From an uncultured delta proteobacterium (GTDB lineage Bacteria; Desulfobacterota; Binatia; UBA9968), in assembly GCA_963727625.1 (NCBI GenBank), contig CAVSHR010000004.1:960001-1024000 (forward strand): 64,000 bases of DNA. The letters are read 5' to 3'. A model generated the notes under the pieces. It had not been told where the DNA came from. It did no database searches and worked only from the letters and a program-made list of their open reading frames with translations. Of the stretch, positions 9,609 to 19,401 are shown one piece after another. Each line of letters starts with the position of its first letter. Position 1 is the first letter of the stretch. The position numbers and the translations under genes are program-made.

Positions 9609-10019
9609 ATGCGCCTACTATCCGGATTCATCGTTCTCCTTCTTGCAGCCTGCGCCACGACTCCCATAACTGTCAATCAGGCAGTTTCGGTCCCGGATTC
9701 GCGCATCCTGGCGCCGCAGTTGGTGTATCAGACATCGAATACCGGAAGCCTCGTGGTCAAGCGCGACAGCGGACTCATGGGCTCGGCGTGCACGATTCGC
9801 GTCTTCGTCGACGCCGTGCCAGTCGCCGATCTCGAACCGACGGAAAAAGTCGAGCTTTTCGTCGCTTTAGGAGAACACAGCGTGGTTGCAACGTCCAACG
9901 GCATTTGCGGCGGCGGGACATCCGAAGCTGCGGTCGTGATTATGCCGGAGCGTCAACGGATTCTGCGCATCGCCAGCGGCCAAAGCGGAAACATTTTTTT
10001 GCAGCCGAGCGCCTTCTGA
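9609..10019 (+). CDS. Hypothetical lipoprotein
   Basis: Lipobox LAAC; VVKRDSG.MGSAC motif; RBS ggagg. Confidence 0.75.
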   Translation: MRLLSGFIVLLLAACATTPITVNQAVSVPDSRILAPQLVYQTSNTGSLVVKRDSGLMGSACTIRVFVDAVPVADLEPTEKVELFVALGEHSVVATSNGICGGGTSEAAVVIMPERQRILRIASGQSGNIFLQPSAF

Positions 10020-10077
10020 GCCTGCCAGGCATGCGCTCTCACCCATTCGATGAGTACCTAGACCAGCAGGAGTCATG

Positions 10078-11658
10078 CTACCCCGGAGGTACTTTCAATT
10101 CGAACTTTCCATCTTTGTCTTGAATAATTTTCCCGTCCTCGTACAGTCGCGCCACCGCGCTGGCGACGGTTTTATAATCCGACTTGGAAAACTTCTCCAG
10201 GAGATCGGCGAAGAAGCAGTGGGACTTTTCGAGGGCGGCGACGATCTTTTCACCCAATTCGTCCACGCCCTCGGACGGCTTCGCGGCCGCGCTTGATTTC
10301 TTCGTGTCAGCCACCGGGCCGAGATAGGTTTTTAGATCGACCTTGTCTTGATTGAAGTAAACGATGCGTTTGTATCGCTCAGCGGGGATATTCTCCGGGA
10401 TCGTGGCGTCGATGCCCATCTTGGCTGTCGTCGGCACCTTACCGAGGACCGGCAGCGGCAGCGATGGATCGAGCGGCTTGGAGCGGGCGTTTGAGACGAT
10501 GACCACGTCGCGGTCGGCTTGCACCCGCGTCGCCACCGCCCATTCGACATCCACCGAATCGAAGACGTCGATGTCGTCGTCGACGATGGTCACATGCTTG
10601 ATGTCGGCGATGGAGAGCAGCGCCATAATCGCGTTCTTGCCGTCGCCGGGGACTTTTTTGATCGATGCGACGATATGCCAGTGGCAACAGCCGCCCGGGG
10701 TGACGTTCACCGCCACGGTCTGCACGCCGGCCTCGAAGAGCACACGGCGCGCCGCCGCTTCATAGATCGGTGCGCTCATCCAGATATTTTCCCAGGGCAT
10801 CTGCAGCGCGTAGTAGATGGCGTCCTTGCGATGCATGATCGATTTGATACGCACGCGCGGGTTCATGTGCAGGCCGCCCATAAGCCGGTTGAACTCGCAG
10901 AACGGCCCTTCGGAATGGACCCAGCCTTCCGGCAGGATCTCCCCTTCCAAAACGATTTCCGCATCCGCGATACACGGCACCGGCACAGCCTCGCCTTCGG
11001 CGAGGCGCAGCGGCTCGTTGCGCAGGCCGCCGGCGAAGGTCAGCTCGTTGACGCCCAGGTTCGCCTTGAAGGTGGAGGCGACCAGCTCGTAGGGATGCGT
11101 GCCGATGGAGATCGAAATCGGCAGCGGTTTTTTCTTCGCCAGCGCGCGCTCGGCGAAACGGCGCATATTGTTGGGCGTGACGATGTCGATGCCGGTAATA
11201 TTTTTCTCTTTGAGCATGAGCCGGTACATGCCGGCATTGATGCCGAACTCCGGATCCTCGGCGATCACCACCCCACCGGTGATCATCGGCCCTCCGTCCA
11301 TGATCGAAAATACCGGCACCGGCAAATCGTAGAGATTCACGTCTTTGCCGGTGATTTTTACTTCTTTCACCGGCGCGTTGGCGAGGCACTTGGGCTTGAT
11401 CGGCTTGGCCATCGCCTTGCCGAGCTTATCGGCGACGTTTTCGTAAGCGACGCCCATGCCGAGCGCGATCCGATTGCGCGACTGCAACAGCCCCGAAACC
11501 ACCGGCATTGTATATCCGGGCAAATTCTTGAACAGCAGCGCCTTCTCCGACTGAGCCACCAGCGCCGCCACGTCGCGCAGGTCGACGGGCTTGGTGATCT
11601 CCAGTAATTCATCGTTCTTACGCAGTGTGTTGACGTAATCTCTAAAGCTCGCCTTCAT
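10078..11658 (-). CDS. UbiD-family (prFMN-dependent) decarboxylase with C-terminal winged-helix-like extension
   Basis: NAGMYR, EIVLEG, EGPFCEF and VDDDID...VEWA.ATR motifs. Confidence 0.9.
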   Translation of the reverse strand: MKASFRDYVNTLRKNDELLEITKPVDLRDVAALVAQSEKALLFKNLPGYTMPVVSGLLQSRNRIALGMGVAYENVADKLGKAMAKPIKPKCLANAPVKEVKITGKDVNLYDLPVPVFSIMDGGPMITGGVVIAEDPEFGINAGMYRLMLKEKNITGIDIVTPNNMRRFAERALAKKKPLPISISIGTHPYELVASTFKANLGVNELTFAGGLRNEPLRLAEGEAVPVPCIADAEIVLEGEILPEGWVHSEGPFCEFNRLMGGLHMNPRVRIKSIMHRKDAIYYALQMPWENIWMSAPIYEAAARRVLFEAGVQTVAVNVTPGGCCHWHIVASIKKVPGDGKNAIMALLSIADIKHVTIVDDDIDVFDSVDVEWAVATRVQADRDVVIVSNARSKPLDPSLPLPVLGKVPTTAKMGIDATIPENIPAERYKRIVYFNQDKVDLKTYLGPVADTKKSSAAAKPSEGVDELGEKIVAALEKSHCFFADLLEKFSKSDYKTVASAVARLYEDGKIIQDKDGKFELKVPPG

Positions 11659-11796
11659 CAGATCGCTCCAATCAATCCCGGTTATTTTCCGTGGACGCTT
11701 AACACGCCCCCGGGGTTAAGTCCAATTAATGCCTCTCCATGAAATGCTCATATTCAGCCGCTTGCGCATCTCGTGTTCGATAGCGATTCGGAGATC

Positions 11797-11879
11797 TCAC
11801 CGCGGAGGCGCGGGGAGCACGCCGATAAAAGAGTTTTTTATCGAGCTACTCCGCCTCTGCGAACTCTGCGCCTCAGTGA
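11797..11879. repeat. Palindromic intergenic repeat, family B (TCACCGC.GAGGCGC), copy 1
   Basis: Reverse-complement homolog of 50687..50776 and 34038..34120. Confidence 0.8.
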
Positions 11880-12019
11880 TCAAATAAGGCTTTCTCCTTT
11901 GGCTGCGCTCCGCCGCGCTGGGTCTGTGCAGTGAAGATGATCTCATCAGCGCCTTCGCATTGCGCTCGCCCCTATGTTATAAATCGGCCTGAAAAATTCG
12001 CTCGTTGGAAAGGTATTTT

Positions 12020-13018
12020 ATGGCTTCCTTCGGACTGACTCTGGCAAATCGCGGCGTGATCATCGGCGCGGTGACGGTTCCCGAACTTTTCGACATGGCA
12101 AAACGCGGCGAAGACTCCGGCGCATTCAACGCCGTATGGGTCGGCGACAGCCTGCTCGCCAAGCCGCGTCTGGAATCGATTACTCTGCTGTCCGCCTTGG
12201 CGGCGATCACTAAGAAAGTGAAACTCGCCGTCGGCTGCATGGCGACCTTTCCCCATCGTCACCCGGCGCTGCTGGCGCAGCAGTGGGCGAGCCTGGATGT
12301 CATTTCCGGCGGTCGCTCGTGGCTGGCTGTATGTCTCGGCGGGCCCAATGAGCAGAGTCCGGCGCAGGCGCTCGAGCACAAAGTCATGGGCATCAAAGAT
12401 ACTGAGCGCGTCGGCCGCCTCGAAGAAGGCATCGTTATTTTGAAAAAACTCTTTCACGAAGAAAAAGCCTCGCACCAAGGGAAGTATTATCAATTCGAGG
12501 GCGTGACGATCCAACCGCGCCCGGTGCAAAACCCGCTGCCGATCTGGATCGCCAGCAACCCCACCGGACTCACCTGGAAGGACGGGGCCAGCGCGCCGTC
12601 GCCCGCGGTCGAACGCGGTCTGCGCCGCGTCGCCAAGTACGCCGACGGCTGGATGACCAACAAAGTGACGCCGGAAGAATTCAAGTCGCAATGGACACGC
12701 ATTTTGACGATGGCTAAAGAGGAAGGCCGCGATCCGTCGAAGATCGGCAGCGCCCTTTACCACAACATCAACATCAACGAGAACCGCCAGGCAGCGCTCG
12801 ATGAAAGCAAAGCCTTTCTCGACAAATATTACACGTCGAATTTCAGCATGAAATTCGTCGAAGGTTTCACCACGGCGGGGAGCCCGCAACAATGCATCGA
12901 TGAATTGAAGGCCTACTTCGCCGCCGGCATCGAGCATATCACCCTGCGCATGACCTCCTGGGAGCAGCAGAAACATCTTAAACGATTTCTTGAGGAAGTG
13001 GCGCCTGCGATTAAGTAA
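12020..13018 (+). CDS. LLM-class flavin-dependent oxidoreductase
   Basis: VWVGDSL, LDVISGGR, PIWIA and ADGW motifs. Confidence 0.9.
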   Translation: MASFGLTLANRGVIIGAVTVPELFDMAKRGEDSGAFNAVWVGDSLLAKPRLESITLLSALAAITKKVKLAVGCMATFPHRHPALLAQQWASLDVISGGRSWLAVCLGGPNEQSPAQALEHKVMGIKDTERVGRLEEGIVILKKLFHEEKASHQGKYYQFEGVTIQPRPVQNPLPIWIASNPTGLTWKDGASAPSPAVERGLRRVAKYADGWMTNKVTPEEFKSQWTRILTMAKEEGRDPSKIGSALYHNININENRQAALDESKAFLDKYYTSNFSMKFVEGFTTAGSPQQCIDELKAYFAAGIEHITLRMTSWEQQKHLKRFLEEVAPAIK

Positions 13019-13047
13019 ACAATCGCAGATTCAAAATCGTTAGAGCG

Positions 13048-13818
13048 ATGATTCAAGGAATAGATCACCTGGTTGTCGTGGTCAAAGATCTCGACCAAGC
13101 CGCTGGAGATTATGAGCAGCTCGGATTCACCGTCGTACCCGGCGGCCGGCACCCGGTCGGCAGCCACAACGTGCTGATTTCTTTTCTGGACGGCTCCTAT
13201 CTTGAGATCATCGCTTTTTATCGCGAGGCTATCGATCACCGCTGGTGGAACCCGCTGAGCAAAGGCGAGCGTTTCGTCGATTTTTGTTTTCAAACCAACG
13301 ATCTGCGCGGCGACACCGAGAAACTTAAAGACGCCGGCGTGGCGATAAACGATCCGGTTCCTTGGTCGAGAAAGCGGCCGGACGGTTACGAGCTGAAATG
13401 GCTCCTTTCTCTGGTCACCGGAAACCACCGCGGCGTCGCGCCGTTTCTCATTGAAGATCTCACCCCGCGCAGCGAGCGGGTTCCGCAGCGGTTCGATCAC
13501 CGGAACGGCATCAACGGCATAGAAAAAGTCACGGTTGCAGTGGCCGAGCTCGGTCCGATTGAAAAATGGTACGGCCTGCTGCTGGGAGCCAAGGGCACTG
13601 CCATCGCCTCCGCTGAGCTTGGCGCCGACGGTGTAAGCTACCCAGTCGGCCCCCACCTTTTTGAATTCCTTGCGCCGCGGGACGCCGCCAGCCCGCTGGT
13701 CAATTGGCTGCGGCAATACGGTCCATCGCCCTACTCGGCCGTTCTCAAGGGCAAGGTTGGAACCCCCGGAGCATTCGATATCACACTGACCCATGGCGCC
13801 AATTTCTTGGCTCATTAG
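13048..13818 (+). CDS. VOC/glyoxalase-like domain protein
   Basis: IDHLVVVV.DL...LGF...PGGRH..GSHN...YLEII and PFLIED motifs. Confidence 0.85.
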   Translation: MIQGIDHLVVVVKDLDQAAGDYEQLGFTVVPGGRHPVGSHNVLISFLDGSYLEIIAFYREAIDHRWWNPLSKGERFVDFCFQTNDLRGDTEKLKDAGVAINDPVPWSRKRPDGYELKWLLSLVTGNHRGVAPFLIEDLTPRSERVPQRFDHRNGINGIEKVTVAVAELGPIEKWYGLLLGAKGTAIASAELGADGVSYPVGPHLFEFLAPRDAASPLVNWLRQYGPSPYSAVLKGKVGTPGAFDITLTHGANFLAH

Positions 13819-13908
13819 CCGATTGCTCCGAGGAGCTTTCACGGCGCAGCAGTTCAGATAAACAAAATGCTTGCGGCAACGTCTAAGCGGTTGGAAGGAG
13901 AAATTCCG

Positions 13909-14241
13909 ATGAAAAGTAAAAATCGGTGTGGAAATTTTTTATCCGGGGCGCTGATTTTAACGCTGATGCTGTCGATTCTCGTCGCACCGGGAGCGGCATG
14001 GAGCGGATTGCGCGACGATATGCGCCAGTTCCACATTTTCTTGCACGAGCATCCCAAGGTATCGGCGGATTTGCGCAACAATCCCAGGCTCGCCAACAAC
14101 AAGAAATACTTGGACAAGCACAACGACCTGGAAAAATTCTTAAAACGCCATCCGGCGGTAAAGCGGGAAATACTCGATCATCCGAGCCGCGCTTTCGGCG
14201 CCTACTACCGCGCCGATGGGCCGGCTTGGTCAAGACGCTAA
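13909..14241 (+). CDS. Secreted hypothetical protein with FL..HP repeats
   Basis: Signal peptide; FLHEHP / FLKRHP internal repeat; RBS aaggag. Confidence 0.7.
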   Translation: MKSKNRCGNFLSGALILTLMLSILVAPGAAWSGLRDDMRQFHIFLHEHPKVSADLRNNPRLANNKKYLDKHNDLEKFLKRHPAVKREILDHPSRAFGAYYRADGPAWSRR

Positions 14242-14264
14242 GTTTTTAATCGAACGGTCATCGC

Positions 14265-14296
14265 AACGGCAGGCACATCGCCTGCCGTTTTTTTTC
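14265..14296 (+). terminator. Rho-independent terminator
   Basis: aacggcaggc-acatc-gcctgccgtt followed by a T-tract. Confidence 0.85.
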
Positions 14297-14400
14297 TGTG
14301 GATCTTTTCGCAGGCGGATTTGACAGAGCTTCGCGCTCTCCGCTAGTGTCGAAGCACGAAATAGTGAAATTTCTCGCCGGGAATTTTCAGGAGGATCGAG

Positions 14401-15093
14401 ATGAGTTTGCAAGAAACTTTGGCTCTGGCCTGCCGCATACTGGCCATGCAGGGCCACAACGATATGATCTACGGCCATGTCTCGGCGCTTACCGATACAC
14501 CCGGGCAGTACTGGATCAAAGGTTCGGGCATCGGCCTCGAAGAAGCCACGGCCGACGATATGGTGTTGATCGACTTCGACGGCAACACTCTCGCCGGCAA
14601 ACGTAAACGTCACAATGAATTTCCAATTCACAGCGAGGTCTACCGCGCCAATCCCGAGATTCGCTGCGTGATCCACACTCACCCAACCTATTCGACGATC
14701 ATCGCATCATCGGAGCATCGGCTGTTGCCGATCACCAACTTGAGCTGCGCGTTTTATCCGCCGGCGCTGAACAAATTCGAAGAATCTTCCGACTTGATCG
14801 TCACCGCCGAACAAGGCACGGCCGTCGCGAAGCTGTTGGGCGAGCATAAAATCGTATTGCTGCGCAACCACGGCATCGTAGTCGCGGGCCCGTCGATCGA
14901 AGAAGCCTGCATCCGCGGGGTCTTGCTCGAGCATAGCGCCAAGACCCAGGTCACCGCCGCATCGATGGGCGCCTTCTCCTGGGCCACCGACGCCGAGGCG
15001 CTGATCAAGCGCAAGCGGATTTACCGGCCGGACGCGATGATGAATCTGTGGAACTACTATGTGCGCATGTTAGCGAAACACGAGGGCAAATAA
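14401..15093 (+). CDS. Class II aldolase/adducin family protein
   Basis: GHVS, EFPIH, HTHP and LLRNHG motifs. Confidence 0.9.
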   Translation: MSLQETLALACRILAMQGHNDMIYGHVSALTDTPGQYWIKGSGIGLEEATADDMVLIDFDGNTLAGKRKRHNEFPIHSEVYRANPEIRCVIHTHPTYSTIIASSEHRLLPITNLSCAFYPPALNKFEESSDLIVTAEQGTAVAKLLGEHKIVLLRNHGIVVAGPSIEEACIRGVLLEHSAKTQVTAASMGAFSWATDAEALIKRKRIYRPDAMMNLWNYYVRMLAKHEGK

Positions 15094-15168
15094 CCGTTCA
15101 ACCGGCTACTGGCAGCCTCCGTTCAAACCGTTTAAATAGTTTAAGACATCAGAAAACGATTTGAACAC
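15094..15168. repeat. GTTCAA/TTGAAC 9-bp-period repeat, family A
   Basis: ccgttcaacc...gttcaaaccgtttaaatagtttaag...atttgaac between convergent genes. Confidence 0.7.
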
Positions 15169-15173
15169 CGCGC

Positions 15174-16361
15174 TTAGCGGTGAATTGCTAAGAACGCAAA
15201 CACCTTCGCCGCGTTAAAAACATTATCCAGGGGCACCAGGTCGTGATCGGTGTGCTGGAAGCGAATATCGCGCGCGCCGTAGTTGATCGCTTGGATGCCG
15301 CGGAAATTGAATAACCCGGTGTCGTTGGCAGCGGTGGAAAAACTGAACCTGGGCTCGTAGCCAAGCATGGCGCGTATGCCATGCTCTAAAGCCTGCACCA
15401 CCTCCGCTTCTTTACCGACCTCGCTCGGATACATGAAATCGCGCGGCTGCACTTCGATCTCGAAAGGCTCGATTTCGCCGATGGCGTCTTTCATCTGTTG
15501 AATCGCTTTGACCGGATTGTCGCCCGGCAGCAGGCGGCGGTCGAACATGATGCGGCACTCGCTCTGGATCGTGTGCGTTGCCTTTGGAAAACTCTCGATC
15601 GCGTTAGGCGTGAGACTGACCTTGCCCAATTCCGGATGAGATTTCGTTTCCGGGTAGGGCATCAACGGTTTAAGCTTTTCCAACACTTTCATGGCGCCGT
15701 CGATGGCATTGATGCCCTCCCAAGGTCGGCTGCTGTGCGCCTGCTTGCCGCGCACGATGACCAGTACGTCGACGCGCCCCTTGTTGCCAAGCTGAATCTC
15801 CGGCGGACCGTCGATGATGCACCAGTCGGCTTCGACGTTGCCGTGATCGAGGACATGGGCCAGGGAATTATGCCGGCCGGTCTCGCCGGCGGTGCTCACG
15901 ACGAAATACAAATCGCTCGGCAACTCAACTTTTAACACACCGATCAATTTCACCGCCGCCATCATCGCTGCCAGACTGCCCTTTTGCTCGCACGCGCCGC
16001 GGCCCCACGCGCATTCGCCGTCGAGCTTATAAGGCGCGCCGTCGATGATCTCGCCGGAATAGGGATTTTGCATGGTGCTCGGGGCCGCGCACATGGCATA
16101 ACCGACAAGCATCAAGCGATCACTGCCCGCCCGCCCTCTGATGCGCAAAATAAGATTACCGAGCTTATCGATCGCCGGCTTGAACCCCGCTTGCTCCAAC
16201 TCCGGCTTGACCACATCGCGAATGAGCGCCAGCACCTGCGGCTCCGCTTCGAGCAACTCGGTCTGCGGGCTGGCATGCTGGAGCAGACTGACGGTCAGCC
16301 GTTTCACCTCGTCGTAAGACAGGTTTTTCTCGATCAGTTTCTTCGCCGTACCCGCATCCAT
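15174..16361 (-). CDS. M20/M25/M40-family hydrolase (divergent metal site)
   Basis: WGRGA, GKQAHSS.P..G.NAI, DRRLLPG and C-terminal H; the HxD motif is absent. Confidence 0.85.
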   Translation of the reverse strand: MDAGTAKKLIEKNLSYDEVKRLTVSLLQHASPQTELLEAEPQVLALIRDVVKPELEQAGFKPAIDKLGNLILRIRGRAGSDRLMLVGYAMCAAPSTMQNPYSGEIIDGAPYKLDGECAWGRGACEQKGSLAAMMAAVKLIGVLKVELPSDLYFVVSTAGETGRHNSLAHVLDHGNVEADWCIIDGPPEIQLGNKGRVDVLVIVRGKQAHSSRPWEGINAIDGAMKVLEKLKPLMPYPETKSHPELGKVSLTPNAIESFPKATHTIQSECRIMFDRRLLPGDNPVKAIQQMKDAIGEIEPFEIEVQPRDFMYPSEVGKEAEVVQALEHGIRAMLGYEPRFSFSTAANDTGLFNFRGIQAINYGARDIRFQHTDHDLVPLDNVFNAAKVFAFLAIHR

Positions 16362-16419
16362 CCAGGAGTTGCCTCTTATGTCTTACTCTTGCCTGTTGAC
16401 TACCGCCCGAAGCCTCTTT

Positions 16420-18165
16420 CTAATGCCCCTCCATCGAAACACCCACGTTGCCGATCTTGCGCGCGATCACTATAAGCGTCAGACAAATGACACTGACAAT
16501 CATCGCGAGCGAACACATCGGACCGAAATAACCGTCAGTATAGAAATTGTAGAGTAAAGGACCGATGGGCTCGGCTCCGGGGGAATAAAGAAAAACTGAA
16601 GTACTGAACTCACGCAAGAAAATGGTCGCCAGGATGATCCAGCCTGCGATAAATCCAGGTCTCATGAGGGGTAGAAGAACGCGGCGAAAAGTCATCACAA
16701 AGCCGGCACCGCACGCTTTCGAGGCATCCTCCATCTCGTCATGGATCTGAACAATCGTGCTTGTCATCGACCGTAATCCGTACGGAAGAAAACGACTAAT
16801 ATAACCGATCATTAAAATCCATAGCGTGCCGTAGATCGGGATTGGGATATAGACGTAGGTCCAGAGCAAACCGAGAGCCAAGGCTGGTCCGGGAAAGGCC
16901 CACGGGATAAAGGTCAGTGCTTCAATAATGCCCCGCCCGGCGAATTTCGTTTTAGTCGTGATATAGCCGGTAACAGCGGCGAGAAGCATACAGAGCGTTG
17001 CGCCCGCGACAGCAAGAAACACACTATCTTGAATCGCTTTATAGGTTCGAACGTCGGTCAGGTTGAAGCGATAGTGTTCCAGCGTCAGAAGGCTCAAGGT
17101 TTTTGTTCCGGGTACATGAAGGTAGCTCACGAATGAGGTGAACAAGAGAATCGCAAACGGCAATACCACGATCAAGGTTAAAATTAAGGCAGCGAAGCCC
17201 AAGGCGAAGTAACGCCATTTTCCTAAGTCGATGAGATCGGGATGGTACCCCCGACCGGTAACCGTCACGTATCGTTCTGCGCGAACCGTCAGACGCCGAT
17301 AAAAATACACCAGAACCATCGTAATCAACAACAGCGAAACCGCGTAGGTCGCCGCTAGATTATAGTTTGGCGGAAACGCGCCGATGGTCTCTCGGTAAAG
17401 CTTGGTCGTGAAGACTTCGATCCGCGCCGGCAACGCAATCACTGCGGGAGTATCGAAGCTCTCAATCGCCCGGACAAAATTGAGCATTACGGCGGCAGCG
17501 AAGGCCGGCCTGATGATCGGAAAGGTGATACGCCAGGCCACTTGAAGATTTCCAGACCCTGCCACTCGGGCTGCCTCTTCCAGGGCCGGATCCATCGAAT
17601 AGAGAGAGGCCGAAATGATCAAGAATGCCAGCGGAGTCGTGATCAGGGCTTCGACAAAAATCATCCCCGACATCGAGTAGATGTTCAACGGTGCGGATTG
17701 CAAGTCGAACGTCTTCATCAATGCGAGATTGATCAGGCCGACGCGCGGATTGAGAAGAATAACCCAGGAAACCCCCAACATTAGCGGCGGCAGGATATTG
17801 GGTATGATTGCGATCAATTCGATAAATTTCCGGAAGGGAACGTTGGTCCGAATTGCGATCCAGGCCAGCGCAGCTGCCAGAGTGGTTGCAACCAATGCGG
17901 CTCCCCCCGCGAAAGCAAACGAGTTGACCAGCAGCCTGAAAGTCAACGGATCCGAATAAGCGGTAACGTAGTTGGCCAAGGTAAAATAGCCGGGGACGCC
18001 GAGCGGCTGGCTCATGAAACTTCCGTAGATGAGCATCAAAGTCGGTGAAAGACTCAGATAGCCGACGATCGCTCCTACGATCAAAATGACCCATCGCTGC
18101 GGATCGCGGCGAATAAGCTGCGCTGGCCACTCCCGGATTTGCGATAGAACTGCCGTAGGACTCAT
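16420..18165 (-). CDS. ABC transporter permease (Fe3+/thiamine type, two BPD domains)
   Basis: Two EAA loops (LEEAARVAGS; MEDASKACGA) and multiple TM helices. Confidence 0.9.
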   Translation of the reverse strand: MSPTAVLSQIREWPAQLIRRDPQRWVILIVGAIVGYLSLSPTLMLIYGSFMSQPLGVPGYFTLANYVTAYSDPLTFRLLVNSFAFAGGAALVATTLAAALAWIAIRTNVPFRKFIELIAIIPNILPPLMLGVSWVILLNPRVGLINLALMKTFDLQSAPLNIYSMSGMIFVEALITTPLAFLIISASLYSMDPALEEAARVAGSGNLQVAWRITFPIIRPAFAAAVMLNFVRAIESFDTPAVIALPARIEVFTTKLYRETIGAFPPNYNLAATYAVSLLLITMVLVYFYRRLTVRAERYVTVTGRGYHPDLIDLGKWRYFALGFAALILTLIVVLPFAILLFTSFVSYLHVPGTKTLSLLTLEHYRFNLTDVRTYKAIQDSVFLAVAGATLCMLLAAVTGYITTKTKFAGRGIIEALTFIPWAFPGPALALGLLWTYVYIPIPIYGTLWILMIGYISRFLPYGLRSMTSTIVQIHDEMEDASKACGAGFVMTFRRVLLPLMRPGFIAGWIILATIFLREFSTSVFLYSPGAEPIGPLLYNFYTDGYFGPMCSLAMIVSVICLTLIVIARKIGNVGVSMEGH

Positions 18166-18190
18166 GGGGCAATCATTGCAACTGGCTATT

Positions 18191-18240
18191 AAAAATAGAG
18201 GGCTGGCCGGCCTCCATCCTTCGACCGACCAACCCTCTAT
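18191..18240 (-). terminator. Hairpin plus T-tract between binding-protein and permease genes
   Basis: Minus strand atagagggttggtcgg...ccggccagccctctat-tttt. Confidence 0.65.
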
Positions 18241-18276
18241 GAAACTTGTTACTGGTTAATTCAAAAACCGATCACT

Positions 18277-19299
18277 TTATTTGGCGAAAAAAAGCTTGCG
18301 GTATTCATCCCGCAACTTTTTAAATTCCGCCTCATTTGGAGTATCCATGATGATCGTGCGACTGCTGACCTTGTCGGCATCATGAATATCTGGAGTGATC
18401 CCTGGGTAGAGGACGAATTCACCTTCTTGGGCGATCGCTTTTTGCCCTTCCGGCGAAGTCACGTACTCGATATAGAGCTTTGCCGCGTTTGGGCTATGCG
18501 CCTTCGCGCTCAGATTGGTATAATTGGCATCGGCCAGGAATTTATCCAGCATGGCGTAATCCATGGGTCCCTTATACTGCTTGATGTATTTCACGTAGGT
18601 GATACCGACCTTCGCCTCGCCTCGAATCAGCACATTGGCAACCGGCGCCAATGACTCCACCATATGGGGCTGCTGCCGTGCTAGTCCTTTGACGAAATCC
18701 TTCGCTTTTTCTCCGACGATCTTGTCCAAATTGTCCAGGAACTGCGCGGTCGTCGTGTGTCGTGACGGATCGGGCATGCTGATTTGATTCTTCCATTTCG
18801 GATCGAGCAGATCGCTAAAACTCTTGGGAATATCATTTCCTTTGACCAACTCCGTATTATAGAGGATGCCGATCGGTACCAGGCGCCACGGGGTCATAAG
18901 GCCGTCTTTTTCTTTAAACTGTTCCGGAAATTTTTCCGATGGCGGAGAGATAAATTTGCCAAAGAGCCCCTCCTTTTTCATGATGAGTTGGACCCCTCGG
19001 TTTCCTTCGACCACATCGAACCCCGGCCGTCCCGCGCGCCATTCGGTCAGAGCTCGATCCATAACTTTGGTTGAGGAAGCGCGCCAATACTCGACCTTGA
19101 TACCGTATTTTTTTGCGAAACCGTCATTGATCGCGCTCATGGATTTTGAAGGAACAGAGCCGTAGACAACAACCTTCCCTTCCTTTTTGGCGGCGGCGAC
19201 GTTTACCGTTTGCGCGCCTACATTTGGAACAAGGAAAATTAAACTTGATATCAGCGAAGAAAATATCAAGCGCGGCAACTGTTTTTGAACAAATCTCAT
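18277..19299 (-). CDS. ABC substrate-binding protein (AfuA/family 6-like)
   Basis: Signal peptide, AAKKEGKVVVY, DLLDPKWK and PNAAKLY motifs; RBS ggagg. Confidence 0.88.
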   Translation of the reverse strand: MRFVQKQLPRLIFSSLISSLIFLVPNVGAQTVNVAAAKKEGKVVVYGSVPSKSMSAINDGFAKKYGIKVEYWRASSTKVMDRALTEWRAGRPGFDVVEGNRGVQLIMKKEGLFGKFISPPSEKFPEQFKEKDGLMTPWRLVPIGILYNTELVKGNDIPKSFSDLLDPKWKNQISMPDPSRHTTTAQFLDNLDKIVGEKAKDFVKGLARQQPHMVESLAPVANVLIRGEAKVGITYVKYIKQYKGPMDYAMLDKFLADANYTNLSAKAHSPNAAKLYIEYVTSPEGQKAIAQEGEFVLYPGITPDIHDADKVSSRTIIMDTPNEAEFKKLRDEYRKLFFAK

Positions 19300-19401
19300 A
19301 TCCTTAACCTCCATTTTTTCAGCTCTAAGTAGAGAAGAAACTCTATACGGACCCCCTAGGACTGTCAACCAAGGTATCTTTCGAGAAAACGCGTGTCGTC
19401 A

